Shown here: piece after piece, positions 42,094 through 51,868 of the stretch | Position numbering within the stretch: position 1 is the first letter of the stretch | How the letters are laid out: the number at the start of each line of letters is the position of its first letter | Assembly: GCA_963847815.1 (NCBI GenBank) | Contig: CAWKBF010000001.1 | Span: 101,184-165,183 of the forward strand | Origin: an uncultured Acidimicrobiia bacterium | Lineage (GTDB): Bacteria > Actinomycetota > Acidimicrobiia > IMCC26256 > JAENVU01 | Reading direction: 5' to 3' | Length of the DNA stretch: 64,000 nucleotides | The notes under the pieces: model-generated | The model's database searches: none | What the model saw: the letters and a program-made list of their open reading frames with translations, nothing else | What the model was told of the DNA's origin: nothing | Made by a program: the position numbers and the translations under genes

Positions 42094-43760
42094 TGACCGG
42101 TCGCACCGATCAACCCACGCCAGTCCAACCCCAACCAGGAGGTCCAGTGCCCACTGTGAGAACCCAACATTCGAAGGCCCGTCGACTCAGGATCTTCGCC
42201 CTGTTCGCGGTGCTCGCCATCGTTGCGGCGGCGTGTGGCGGCACCGACGACAACAGCTCGTCGTCCGGTGGGAGCTCGGGTGGCTCCTCGACGACGTTGC
42301 GCACCGCGTTCGTGACCGACATGCAGGTCCCGGACCCGGACATCTTCTACGAGACCGAAGGCAACCAGGTGGTGATGTCCACCTACGAAGGACTCGTCCG
42401 CTACAAGCAGGACCCGCCGTCCAACGAGATCGAAGGGCTGCTCGCGACGAGTTGGGAGAAGTCTCCCGACGGGCTCAAGTACACCTTCACCCTGCGCCCG
42501 AACGTGAAGTTCTTCGACGGCACCGACTTCAACTCGGAGGCGCTGAAGACGAGCTTCGAACGGCGTACCGCGGTGGACCAGGGTCCGGCGTACATGCTCG
42601 CCGAGGTGGCGTCGTACGAGACGCCGGATCCGCTCACGTTCGTGGTCAACCTGAAGCGGCCGGTGTCTGCGTTCATGGACTACATGGCCGCTCCGTACGG
42701 ACCGAAGGCGATCAGCCCGACCGCGTACGCGGCGCACAAGGGTGACGACCTCGGCCAGAAGTACCTGTCAACGCACAGCATCGGGACCGCGCCGTACATG
42801 ATCACGGACTTCGTGCTGGGTCAGAAGTACGTGCTCGGCACGAACCCGAACTACTGGGGTGACAAGCCGAAGCTGAAGACGATCAACATGGACATCGTTC
42901 CCGACCTGTCGACCCAGCAGCTCAAGCTCGAGGGTGGCGACCTGGACATCCTGCACAACCTGCCGGCGAGCACCACGAACTCGTTCAAGGGCAAGAGCGG
43001 GTTCCAGGTGATCGACATCGAGTCGCTGCAGATGCAGGTGCTCAAGGTCAACCCGAACAAGCCGCCGTTCAACGACAAGTCCTTGCGGGTCAAGATGCGA
43101 GCGGCGATCGACAAGAAGAAGATGACCCAGGAGATCTTCGGTGACCTCGGGAAGGTCTCGGAGTCCATGGTGCCGCTCGGGCAGCTGCCCGAGCTGCCGG
43201 GTGGGAAGGACGTGTGGGACTACGACCCGGCACCGCTGAAGGCGGCCGTCTCTTCGCTGCCGAGTGGATCGAAGTCGATCACGATCGCGTACTCCACCGG
43301 TCAGGTGAACGACCAGCGGACCGCCGAGTCGATCCAGCAGGTCCTCTCGGATGCGGGCTTCAGCGTGAAGGTCCTGTCGTTGCCGATCGCGCAGATCTTC
43401 GCCTTGCGGGACCAACCCCAGAGTGATGTGCCGAACCTGCTGGTGGAGACCGCGAACCCGGATGCGGCACAGCAGGACACCTACCAGCGGATCTTCTACA
43501 ACACCGGTGGGTTCCTCAACTACCTGAAGGGCGGTACGCCGGAGGCGGACGCGGAGATGGACCGTGGTCTCTACACGAATGACGACGCAGTCATCGCCGA
43601 CGCCTACAGCAAGGCCGCCGACCTCCTGTTCGCCGACGCGACGTTCATCACCACCGCCGACGTGAAGGGGACGTTCGTGGCCACCGACAAGCTGAGTGGG
43701 TGGACCAGCACCGCAGCTGCACCGGTGAGCCTCAACTTCCAGGCGGCAACGCTGAAGTAG
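42090..43760 (+). CDS. ABC transporter substrate-binding lipoprotein, family 5 (peptide/opine/nickel type)
   Basis: Lipobox AIVAAACGG. 556 aa with family-5 SBP features. The start overlaps the upstream stop (GTGATG). Confidence 0.85.
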   Translation: MMTGRTDQPTPVQPQPGGPVPTVRTQHSKARRLRIFALFAVLAIVAAACGGTDDNSSSSGGSSGGSSTTLRTAFVTDMQVPDPDIFYETEGNQVVMSTYEGLVRYKQDPPSNEIEGLLATSWEKSPDGLKYTFTLRPNVKFFDGTDFNSEALKTSFERRTAVDQGPAYMLAEVASYETPDPLTFVVNLKRPVSAFMDYMAAPYGPKAISPTAYAAHKGDDLGQKYLSTHSIGTAPYMITDFVLGQKYVLGTNPNYWGDKPKLKTINMDIVPDLSTQQLKLEGGDLDILHNLPASTTNSFKGKSGFQVIDIESLQMQVLKVNPNKPPFNDKSLRVKMRAAIDKKKMTQEIFGDLGKVSESMVPLGQLPELPGGKDVWDYDPAPLKAAVSSLPSGSKSITIAYSTGQVNDQRTAESIQQVLSDAGFSVKVLSLPIAQIFALRDQPQSDVPNLLVETANPDAAQQDTYQRIFYNTGGFLNYLKGGTPEADAEMDRGLYTNDDAVIADAYSKAADLLFADATFITTADVKGTFVATDKLSGWTSTAAAPVSLNFQAATLK

Positions 43761-43788
43761 CGCAAGGGTCTCTCGCCGGAGGCGAGCT

Positions 43789-43822
43789 GGTGGGGCTACC
43801 GGATGGAGTCGGTGGCCCCACC
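43789..43822 (+). terminator. hairpin after the binding-protein gene
   Basis: GGTGGGGC (43789-43796) pairs with GCCCCACC (43815-43822). It is preceded by a second small hairpin, CTCGCC-GGA-GGCGAG (43772-43786). No U-tract. Confidence 0.25.
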
Positions 43823-43923
43823 ACTCACGCGCCGGAGGGCGAAAGGTTCCGCGCAGACGCGGTTCATCGCGTTGTCGACGCACACGAAACCGAGTCGCAA
43901 CGGTCGACTCGTACGGTCAGACG

Positions 43924-44586
43924 ATGCTGACCGAACCTGAAGCCATGGTGGACACGTTCTCGCCGTCGTTCGAGCTCCCGGTCCCGGCCTACGAGGGCCG
44001 AGCGGTGTCGGTGGCGAAGGGGACCATGATCCGCATCACCGATGTGCAGGGTCACCAGATCGGCGACATGTTCGCGTTCGTGCGCGACAAGCCGTCGGAG
44101 TGGCTCAGTGCCGGGGCGTGCCGCACCGCGCACACGCGGTTGTTCCCGGAAGTCGGTACCGCATTCATGACGCAGTACCTGCGACCGATCCTGACGCTCG
44201 TCGCCGACACGTCGCCGGGTGTGCACGACATGCTCTACCCACCGTGCTCACCCGCCCAGTACAAGCTGGCGGGGGTTGTTGGCCACCACCCGAGCTGTCG
44301 CGAGAACTTCGAGATCGCCGCGGTCAGCGCGGGCATGCCGACCGACTTCGTGCCCGAGCCGGTGAACCTCTTCCAGAACACGCCACCCGATGCGGACGGC
44401 GTGCTCGTCATCGGCCCTGCTGCGTCCTCGGCCGGCGACTACGTGCTCCTGCGCGCCGAGATGGACATCGTCCTCGTGCTCACCGCGTGCAGCTACGACA
44501 TCGGCGACGCCAACGGCGACGAGTGCACCGACCTCCTGATCGAGCTCGACTCGAAACCCCTCGGCGTCGGCCAGCTCGACGACTAA
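43924..44586 (+). CDS. DUF1989 (urea-carboxylase-associated) family protein, third paralogue
   Basis: 220 aa. The patterns IRITDVQGHQIGDMFAF...DMLYPPCSP...LFQNTPPD resemble the DUF1989 proteins at 61.6-63.0 kb. Confidence 0.75.
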   Translation: MLTEPEAMVDTFSPSFELPVPAYEGRAVSVAKGTMIRITDVQGHQIGDMFAFVRDKPSEWLSAGACRTAHTRLFPEVGTAFMTQYLRPILTLVADTSPGVHDMLYPPCSPAQYKLAGVVGHHPSCRENFEIAAVSAGMPTDFVPEPVNLFQNTPPDADGVLVIGPAASSAGDYVLLRAEMDIVLVLTACSYDIGDANGDECTDLLIELDSKPLGVGQLDD

Positions 44587-44850
44587 CCGCAGCTCTCGTG
44601 CTCCGTCTGTTGCGTTCGGACCCCCACGGAACCAAACGCAACCGTCAGCGAGAGGTCTTGGGCTTGACCTTCTCTTGAGGAGGAGCCGCGAACACGAAGC
44701 CCGCGGGGCTGGCGTCGCGGCCCAGGGTTTCGAACGGCGGCCGTCCCCACCGAGCGAGTTCGTGAGCGGGCTGTGCTCACGATGTCTGAGCGAATGGGGA
44801 TGAGTCCCGTTCGAGAACCCGTGACCCCTCGAGGAACGAAGCCAGACGGG

Positions 44851-47009
44851 TCAAGCGTGGTGGCAGGCGACGACGTTTCCTTCGGGCTTCGCCACGAGCA
44901 CCGGAGACTTCTCGAGGCAGATCTCAGTCACCCGAGGACACCGCGGCGCAAACGTGCACCCGACCTTGACCCCGATCGCGCTCGGCGGCTCACCCGCGAG
45001 CGTGGGGGAGAGGCGACCCGGCTCGGTCGTCGGGCTCGCGTCGATCAGCCCCTGGGTGTACGGGTGCTCCGGGTTCTCGAACAGCTTGTCGGCCGGCGCC
45101 TGTTCGACGATGCGGCCCAGGTACATCACTGCGACCTCGTCTGCGATGCGCCGGGCTGCCGCGAGGTCATGGGTCACGACGAGGAGTGCGACACCGAGGT
45201 CGTCTCGTAGCGACTCGAGCAACGTGAGCACGCGTACGGCGAGCGAGGCGTCGAGCGCGCTCACCGGCTCGTCGCACACGAGGAGCTTGGGCTCGGACGC
45301 GAGGGCGCGGGCGATGACTGCACGTTGGCGCTGACCCCCGGAGAGGTCACGCGGGCTTCGAACGCGCGGCGCGCCGGTCCAGACCCACCCGGTCCAGGTA
45401 GTCCATCGCCCGCCGTTCGCGCTCGGCCTTGTTGACGCCGAGGGCACGGAGGCGCTCCTCGACCTGCAGCCCGATCGCCATCCAGGGTGTGAGCGAGCTG
45501 CCGGCATCCTGGAAGACGAGCTGCGGGCGCCCACCTGTCGGTGCCCAGGCAACCTGACCCTCATCGGGCTGCAGCAAGCCGGTCGCAATTCGTAGCGTCG
45601 TCGTCTTCCCGCACCCACTCTCACCGACGAGCGCGACGGAGCCGCGAGTCGGGACCCGCAGGGAGACGTCGTCGACGGCGAGCAGCTTCGAGTTCTCGCC
45701 GCGCCCGCCGACCGGGAACGTCTTGGTGACGTGGTTCAGCTCGAGTGCGATCCCGGTGATGCTCATTGTGTCCTTGGACGGAGGCAGCATCGACACAGGG
45801 ATCGTGGGCGCGGAGACCGTGATGGTGACCGGGGTGTTCGCCACGGTCATCGGGTGCAGGCAGGCGACGCCACCGAGCAGACCGTCGGGTCGCGCCAAGA
45901 GCTCCGGCGGAGCCACCTCGCAGTCCTCCTCGGCGCGTGAGCATCGCGGTGCGAACGCGCAACCGGGCGGCAACGCCATCGGGTTCGGCGGGTTGCCCGG
46001 CATCGGGTCGCTGGCGGCCGTCACCCCGTCGACCGAGAGGCGAGCCGCAAGCAGTGCCTTCGTGTACGGGTGCGACGGCGCTTCGAGCACGCTCGCGGCC
46101 GGTCCTGATTCACAGACCCGACCTGCGTACAGCACGACGATCCGGTCGGCGATCGAAGCGGCGACGCCGAGGTCGTGGGTCACGAGCAGCACTGCGCAGC
46201 CGTGCTCGCGGCGCAGACGGTCGAAGAGGAGCACGACCTGCGCCTGAACGCTCACGTCGAGCGCGGTCGTCGGCTCGTCGGCGATCAGCAACCGCGGCGC
46301 CGCCGTGATCGTCCTTCGCGACGCCGACGGGGAAGTCGAGCACCGCGGCGTCAGTGGTGAGATCGAGGACCGCACCGTTCCCGTTGGTCGTCGTGCCGCT
46401 CGTCTCGGCTTCGTGCTTACGGCGTCCGAACCGGGAGCGCTTCTCGGGCTTCGCGGCGTCGAGCGTCCCGTGACCGCCCAGGGCCATCGCGATCATCACG
46501 CGCTGACGGAGACCGCCGGAGAGCTGGTGCGGGTACTGGTTCATGCGCTTCTCGGGGTCCGGCACACCGGCCTCGGCGAGCTGGCGCAGGGCCCGGTCTT
46601 TGTCGATGCCGCGCTCGAGGAGCTGGCGGCCGATCTTCATCGTCGGGTTCAACGACGTGAGCGGGTCCTGGAAGACCGCGCCGAGCAGCTCCTGGCGGAC
46701 CTTGCGGCGCGTCCTATCGCCGCCGTTCACCATGTCGACGCCCGCGACCTCGACGTGACCGCTCGTCTCCGGTCGACCGCTTGCGGGAAGGAGTCCGAGC
46801 AGCGACATCCCGAGCACGCTCTTGCCCGACCCGGACTCGCCGACGAGTGCCACCACCTCGCCGGCGCGGATGTCCAGGTTCACGCCGCGCAGCGCGCGCA
46901 CGATGCCGTCGCCGGCCTTGAACGAGACGTGCAGATCCTGAACGCTGGCGACGACTTCGGAGTCCAACGTGGCCGGATCCATGATTGGTGGGGTCTCGGT
47001 GAGACTCAC
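44851..47009 (-). pseudogene. fused tandem ABC ATPase (DppD-DppF type), 2 frameshifts
   Basis: First half: Walker A GESGSGKS, signature LSGGLRQR, Walker B LLIADEPT. Second half: GESGCGKT, LSGGQRQR, LLVCDEPV. There is no stop between the halves. Frame junctions lie near 46300-46320 and 45349 (GCG T GAC). Each half ends in a 4-Cys motif. Confidence 0.75.
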
Positions 47010-48037
47010 TAGGCCATCCTCACCTTCTTCTCGACGCGTTGCTCAGTGCGAAGACGGGGGTCGGCGACGAGCTGGAGGATGTCGACGACCGCATTGATGA
47101 CGACGTACGCGATCCCGAGCACAAGGGTGATCCCGATGATCGCCGGGAAGTCCGCCTGCTGGATCGATTGGTTCGTGTACAGCCCGAGACCGGGCCACGC
47201 GAAGACGAGCTCGATGACGACGACCCCCGCGAGCAGCAGACCGACCTGGAGGCCCGCCATCGAGAGTGCCGGACCGGACGCGTTGCGCAACGCGTGCTTC
47301 CACACGACCATGCGCTCCGAGAGCCCCTTGGCGCGAGCGGTGCGCACGTGGTCCTGGCGCATGACGTCGAGCAGGGAGCTGCGCAGCACCCGGCCGATGG
47401 CGACGGCCGGGCCCAGTGCGAGCACGAAGGCGGGCAGCAGGAGGTGTCGCACGGCGTCCCACCATTGCTGCGGGTTGCCGTGGAGCAGGGAGTCGAGGAG
47501 CAGGAAGCCCGTCGGGCCCGTGTCGTTGTATTGCGAGCTCATCCGACCGGACGCGGGCAACCAGTTCAGGTTCCGGTAGAAGAGCAGGATCAGGAGGATG
47601 GCGCCGAAGAACGCGGGTGCCGACGACAGGAACATCATCGTCACCCGCGCGGTGCCGGATCCTCGTCCGCCGTGCGCGGACCAGAGCCCGAGGATGATGC
47701 CGAGGACGCCGGCGAGAAACGCGGCGGTGAACGCGAGCTCCAGGGTCGCGGGCGCGAACTTCGAGATGTCCTCGAGGACCGGGCGCCGGGTCCGGAGGGA
47801 TTCACCGAAGTCGCCCTGCACGACCTTGCTCAGGAAGCTGACGTACTGCGTGGGCAGCGGATCGTTGTAGCCGAGCTCCTGGCGCTTCGCCTCGACGACT
47901 TCCGCGCTCGCCTGCGCGCCGACGGACGCGCGCACCGGGTCCGCCGGGAGGACTGCGGCGATGATGAAGACGACGAGGGTCAGGACCATGAGCACTGCGA
48001 GCAGCGACCCGATTCGGACCAGGATCATGCGGCGCAT
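47009..48037 (-). CDS. ABC transporter permease (DppB-like)
   Basis: Intact 342-aa ORF (MRRMILVRIGSLLAVL...) with typical binding-protein-dependent transport inner-membrane component features. The start overlaps the upstream stop. Confidence 0.85.
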   Translation of the reverse strand: MRRMILVRIGSLLAVLMVLTLVVFIIAAVLPADPVRASVGAQASAEVVEAKRQELGYNDPLPTQYVSFLSKVVQGDFGESLRTRRPVLEDISKFAPATLELAFTAAFLAGVLGIILGLWSAHGGRGSGTARVTMMFLSSAPAFFGAILLILLFYRNLNWLPASGRMSSQYNDTGPTGFLLLDSLLHGNPQQWWDAVRHLLLPAFVLALGPAVAIGRVLRSSLLDVMRQDHVRTARAKGLSERMVVWKHALRNASGPALSMAGLQVGLLLAGVVVIELVFAWPGLGLYTNQSIQQADFPAIIGITLVLGIAYVVINAVVDILQLVADPRLRTEQRVEKKVRMA

Positions 48038-48910
48038 CAGCCCTCCACAACATCTCGGACGGCGTCACCGGCAAGGTTGCCGACGAACGCAAGGATGAAC
48101 ACACCGAGCGCCGGGAACACCGGCACCCACCACGAGGTGAACAGGTAGGAGAGGCCTCGGGAGGACATCGCGCCGAGCTCGCGCGGCCGGTGGAGGAGAG
48201 CCGAGGCCGAGGAACGAGAGTCCGGCGAGGGTGAGCAGCAGCGCGCCGATGTCGAGTGAGGCCGTGACGAGGATCGCGCCGAACGTTCCCGGCACGACGT
48301 GCTTGAACGCGACGCGCAATCGACTCGCGCCGCCCATGCGCGCCGCTTCCACGTGACTTCTGGACGCGATCGACTTCACCTCGCCGCGCACGATCCGTGC
48401 GTAGAACGGCCACCAGACGATCGCGACCGCGATGAGCGTGTGCTGCAGGGTCGGGCCGAGTGCGGAGACGACGGCGAGCACCAGCAACGGACCGGGCATC
48501 GACAGGAACACGTCGGTGATGCGCATCAACACGTTGTCGATCCAACCGCCGCTCATCCCGGCGATCAGGCCGATCGTCCCGCCGATGAGGATGCCCGAGG
48601 CGATGACGAGGAAGGCCGAGAACCAGCTCGTCCGCATGGCGAGCAGGGTGCGACTGAACACGTCACGGCTCTGCTCGTCGATGCCGAACCAGTGTTGACC
48701 CGACACTCCGGTGAACGAGCGCCCGACGCTGTCGGTCTCTCCGTACGGCACGATGAGCGGGACGAAGATCAGGAAGACGGTCAGCAGCAGGAACGCGGTG
48801 ATCGCGACCAGCTCGAGCTTGCCGAGTCGCCGGAGCTTGCCGCTGAGCACGGCGGTGCTCGGCATCGACGGCCACCAGCGGCGCCGCAGCGGCGGTGAGA
48901 TGACGGCCAT
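48037..48910 (-). pseudogene. ABC transporter permease (DppC-like), one frameshift near the 3' end
   Basis: ORF 48065..48910 is canonical up to LSFLGLGSPPPA. A +1 shift near 48187 restores PRELGAMSSRGLSYLFTSWWVPVFPALGVFILAFVGNLAGDAVRDVVEG, with the stop at 48037-48039 overlapping the next ATG. Confidence 0.75.
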
Positions 48911-49102
48911 CAGCCCACCCCCCCAGGTGACACTTCCGGGACCGATGGGGTGCGACGCGGACCACGAAGCAGCATGAACCCGACCTTAGAAACGAAGAGT
49001 TGCGGACCCGTTCCTCGCGCTTGGCGTAGGCATGAAGTCCGCCTGTGTGGTTTCTTTCGCACCGTCGACAACGCGCGTCAGGAAGTGCACAGGCGCGCGA
49101 CA

Positions 49103-49129
49103 ACGCCGCGCGCACGAGGCGCGCGGCGT
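49103..49129 (-). other. perfect 11-bp GC hairpin in a 304-nt intra-operon gap
   Basis: ACGCCGCGCGC (49103-49113), a 5-nt loop, then GCGCGCGGCGT (49119-49129). No downstream U-tract in either orientation. Confidence 0.4.
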
Positions 49130-49214
49130 GCCGAGATACAAAGAACCGCTGCGACCGGGCGGCCCATCCACCAAGTGGCTGAACGACCAGAGAGCAGAGA
49201 TCTCCGGACGCCCC

Positions 49215-50138
49215 TCAGTCCGTAGGAAGGAGGCTCGGCCCGCGGCCGGTCATCTGGTGGAAGATTCGGCGCTGGCCTTCGGCGTCGTACTTGGGGGCGC
49301 TGTGGAACATCGTCCGGTTGTTCCACATCACGAGCTGGTTCTTCGCCCACGGGATCGGCACCCGGTTGTGCGGGTTGGACGTGATGTGGTCCATCAGCTC
49401 GTCGAAGAGCGCCTGGGTCTCCGGGTCCGGGCTCAGATCAGGCTTCACCGCATCGCCGCGGTTGAAGTACAGCGACTTGCGACCCGTACGCGGGTGCGTG
49501 ATCACGATCGGGGCCTCGACGGCCGGGTAGTTCCCGCGTTCGGAGTCGGGGATCGGGTCCATGTACCCCTCCGAGTTCGCGGCGAGCCAACGCTGACCGA
49601 TGAAGTAGTCGTACCAAGCGGTCATGCCCTCGAGGCGTTGCTTCATCTCCTCGGGCAGCAGGTCGTAGGCGAGGGTGCTCGACGCGAACCAGGTGACCGA
49701 GCCGGTCGTCGGCAGCTCGACGCAGAAGAGCGACGACACGTAGCTCGGCGGATCCCAACCGGCCCCGTCGATGTGCCAGCCCATGCCGACCTTGTTGTGG
49801 AACCCGATCGGCTCGCCCTCCTCGACGACGTTGCTGAGCAACAGGATCTTCGGGTACCCGGGCAGGTTGAGACCCCATCCGTTGTCGGCATCCGCGATGT
49901 CGGGATGGAAGATCTGGATCGCGCGCATCTCGTCGTCCGGTGACAACGGCTGGTCCGGGAAGACGAGCACGTCGTACAGGTCGAACGCGTCGCGGATCGC
50001 TTCCTTGACCGCCTCGTCCAGCTCCTCGGTGAGATCGACCCCCCGGACCTCGGCGCCGAACGGCGCGGGCAGCGGGAGGAACTCGATCTCTCGTTCGGCG
50101 ACCGCGATGGTGGTGGTGTGGCGCCAGTCGTTCGGCAT
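49215..50138 (-). CDS. TauD/TfdA family Fe(II)/2-oxoglutarate dioxygenase
   Basis: Intact at 307 aa. His-x-Asp in GMGWHIDG and a distal His in NNRTMFHSAP. Confidence 0.8.
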   Translation of the reverse strand: MPNDWRHTTTIAVAEREIEFLPLPAPFGAEVRGVDLTEELDEAVKEAIRDAFDLYDVLVFPDQPLSPDDEMRAIQIFHPDIADADNGWGLNLPGYPKILLLSNVVEEGEPIGFHNKVGMGWHIDGAGWDPPSYVSSLFCVELPTTGSVTWFASSTLAYDLLPEEMKQRLEGMTAWYDYFIGQRWLAANSEGYMDPIPDSERGNYPAVEAPIVITHPRTGRKSLYFNRGDAVKPDLSPDPETQALFDELMDHITSNPHNRVPIPWAKNQLVMWNNRTMFHSAPKYDAEGQRRIFHQMTGRGPSLLPTD

Positions 50139-50173
50139 GGTGGGTTCCTTCCTCTCCGCGGATCGGCGGGTGA

Positions 50174-51799
50174 CTAGCTCTTCGGCTTGAGCTTGGCGAG
50201 GTCCACCGTGAGGATCACCGGCCGCTTGTCCGCGAAGCCCGTGATCTTGTCCGACACGATGAAGTCGTCCGTCTCGTCCACGATGCCGATGTACGTGCCG
50301 CTCTTGACCAGCGCCTCGCCGGCCTCGGCGTACTTGTCCTTGACCGTCTGCTCGTCGGTCGCCGCCAGCCCCTCGTCCATCAGCGTGTCTGCTTCCGGGG
50401 TCCCGCCGTGCACCCAGTTGAGGAAGCCGTCGGTGCGGGAGTAGATGCGGATCCAGGTGTCCGGGTGGCCGGCGTCGGGGTTCAGCGAGCCGACGTACAG
50501 GTTGGGTTGCTCCGAGGCGGGCAGGTCGACGAACGTGAACGCAGTGGAGAGCGGCACGGGCTTCACGGTCGGCTTCATGCCCGCGGCGCGGAGGACGGTA
50601 CCGATGGCGTCGGCGACGTTCGAGTCCGTCACGTTCTCCGACGTGGTGCTGATCGTGACTGCCTTCTGGCTGTCCGGCAGCTTGGCCACCAGGTTCTTCA
50701 ACACCGACGGGTCGTACTCGGGGTCGTCCTTGGAGCGCTCGTCGTCAAGCATCCCGGCGGGGTAGTAGTTCGTCGAGATCGTGCCGCGGCCTCGGAAGAG
50801 GTCATCGAGGATCTTCTGCTTGTCGACCGCCTGGGCGAGAGCCTGACGCAGGGCCGGATCGGTGAACGGGCCACTCTTCGGGTTGACCTCGATCCACTCC
50901 TTGAAGACGACCGGGAAGGACTCGACCCGGAAGCCGCTCTTGTCCTCGAAGCGGTCGAGCGCGGTGGGGGGCTGGGAGTGGATGAAGTCCAGGTCGCCCC
51001 CCTCGAGGGCGAGCTGCTGGCTCGTGGCGTCGGGCATGATCTTCATCACGAGCTTCTCGTAGTACGGCTTCGGGCCCCACCACTTGTCGTTGCGCTGCAG
51101 CACGTACTGCTGGCCGATCGTCCACTCGGTGAGCTGATACGGACCGGTCCCGGCGGTGTGCGTCTTCAGCCACCCCTGGGCCATGTCGTCGCCCTTCGTG
51201 TGCTCGGCGATCGCGGTGGGGCTGACGACCTTCGGCCCGTAGGGGGCGGCGAGGTAGTGGAGGAACGCGGAGGTCGGCGTGGACAGCTTGACGACGAGGG
51301 TCTGCGGGTCCGGCGTCTCATAGCTCGCGACGGTCGCAAGCATGTATGCCGGCCCTTGGTCGATCGCGGTCCGACGTTCGAAGCTCTTCTGCACCGCGGT
51401 CGAATCCATGGGCGTGCCGTCGGCGAAGACGACGTTGTCGCGCAGGGTGAACGTGTAGGTGAGGCCGTCGTCGCTCACCGTCCACTTCGTTGCCAGTGCA
51501 GGCTCGATGTCGACCGTTGCGCCATTGACGTACTGGACCAGGCCTTCGTACGCACTGGTGGTCACCTCGAGACCCTCGCCCGAGTAGAAGATGTCGGGAT
51601 CCGGCTCCTGCGAGTCCGCGAAGAACGCAGTCCGCAGCGTCTTGCTCGCGCTCGTGTCACTCGCGGTCGAGTCCTCGTCCGTCGCACCACCGCACGCGGC
51701 GAGCACGAGTGCTGCAATGATCACCGCCAGCAGGACGGTCGCGGCGGGGCGAAGGCGGGAGGGACGGACGCGCGTGAGGTTGAGCGAAGTGTGCGGCAT
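50174..51799 (-). CDS. ABC transporter substrate-binding lipoprotein, family 5
   Basis: Start at ATG 51799 (MPHTSLNL...LVLAACGG lipobox). The upstream part of ORF 50174..52504 is antisense to the TetR gene. Paralogous to the SBP at 42090. Confidence 0.85.
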   Translation of the reverse strand: MPHTSLNLTRVRPSRLRPAATVLLAVIIAALVLAACGGATDEDSTASDTSASKTLRTAFFADSQEPDPDIFYSGEGLEVTTSAYEGLVQYVNGATVDIEPALATKWTVSDDGLTYTFTLRDNVVFADGTPMDSTAVQKSFERRTAIDQGPAYMLATVASYETPDPQTLVVKLSTPTSAFLHYLAAPYGPKVVSPTAIAEHTKGDDMAQGWLKTHTAGTGPYQLTEWTIGQQYVLQRNDKWWGPKPYYEKLVMKIMPDATSQQLALEGGDLDFIHSQPPTALDRFEDKSGFRVESFPVVFKEWIEVNPKSGPFTDPALRQALAQAVDKQKILDDLFRGRGTISTNYYPAGMLDDERSKDDPEYDPSVLKNLVAKLPDSQKAVTISTTSENVTDSNVADAIGTVLRAAGMKPTVKPVPLSTAFTFVDLPASEQPNLYVGSLNPDAGHPDTWIRIYSRTDGFLNWVHGGTPEADTLMDEGLAATDEQTVKDKYAEAGEALVKSGTYIGIVDETDDFIVSDKITGFADKRPVILTVDLAKLKPKS

Positions 51800-51805
51800 C
51801 GGCCC

Positions 51806-51835
51806 ATTCTCGGAGGGCTCAAGTTCTTTTGTCAA
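51806..51835 (-). promoter_or_regulatory. candidate sigma-70-type promoter for the SBP/TauD/ABC operon
   Basis: On the minus strand, TTGACA (51835-51830) is followed by an 18-nt spacer and GAGAAT (51811-51806), ending about 7 nt before ATG 51799. This implies a very short or absent leader. It sits in an AT-richer divergent region shared with the TetR gene. Confidence 0.3.
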
Positions 51836-51868
51836 TGACCTAAATTGTATCCAAGTCGTGACTGGAGG

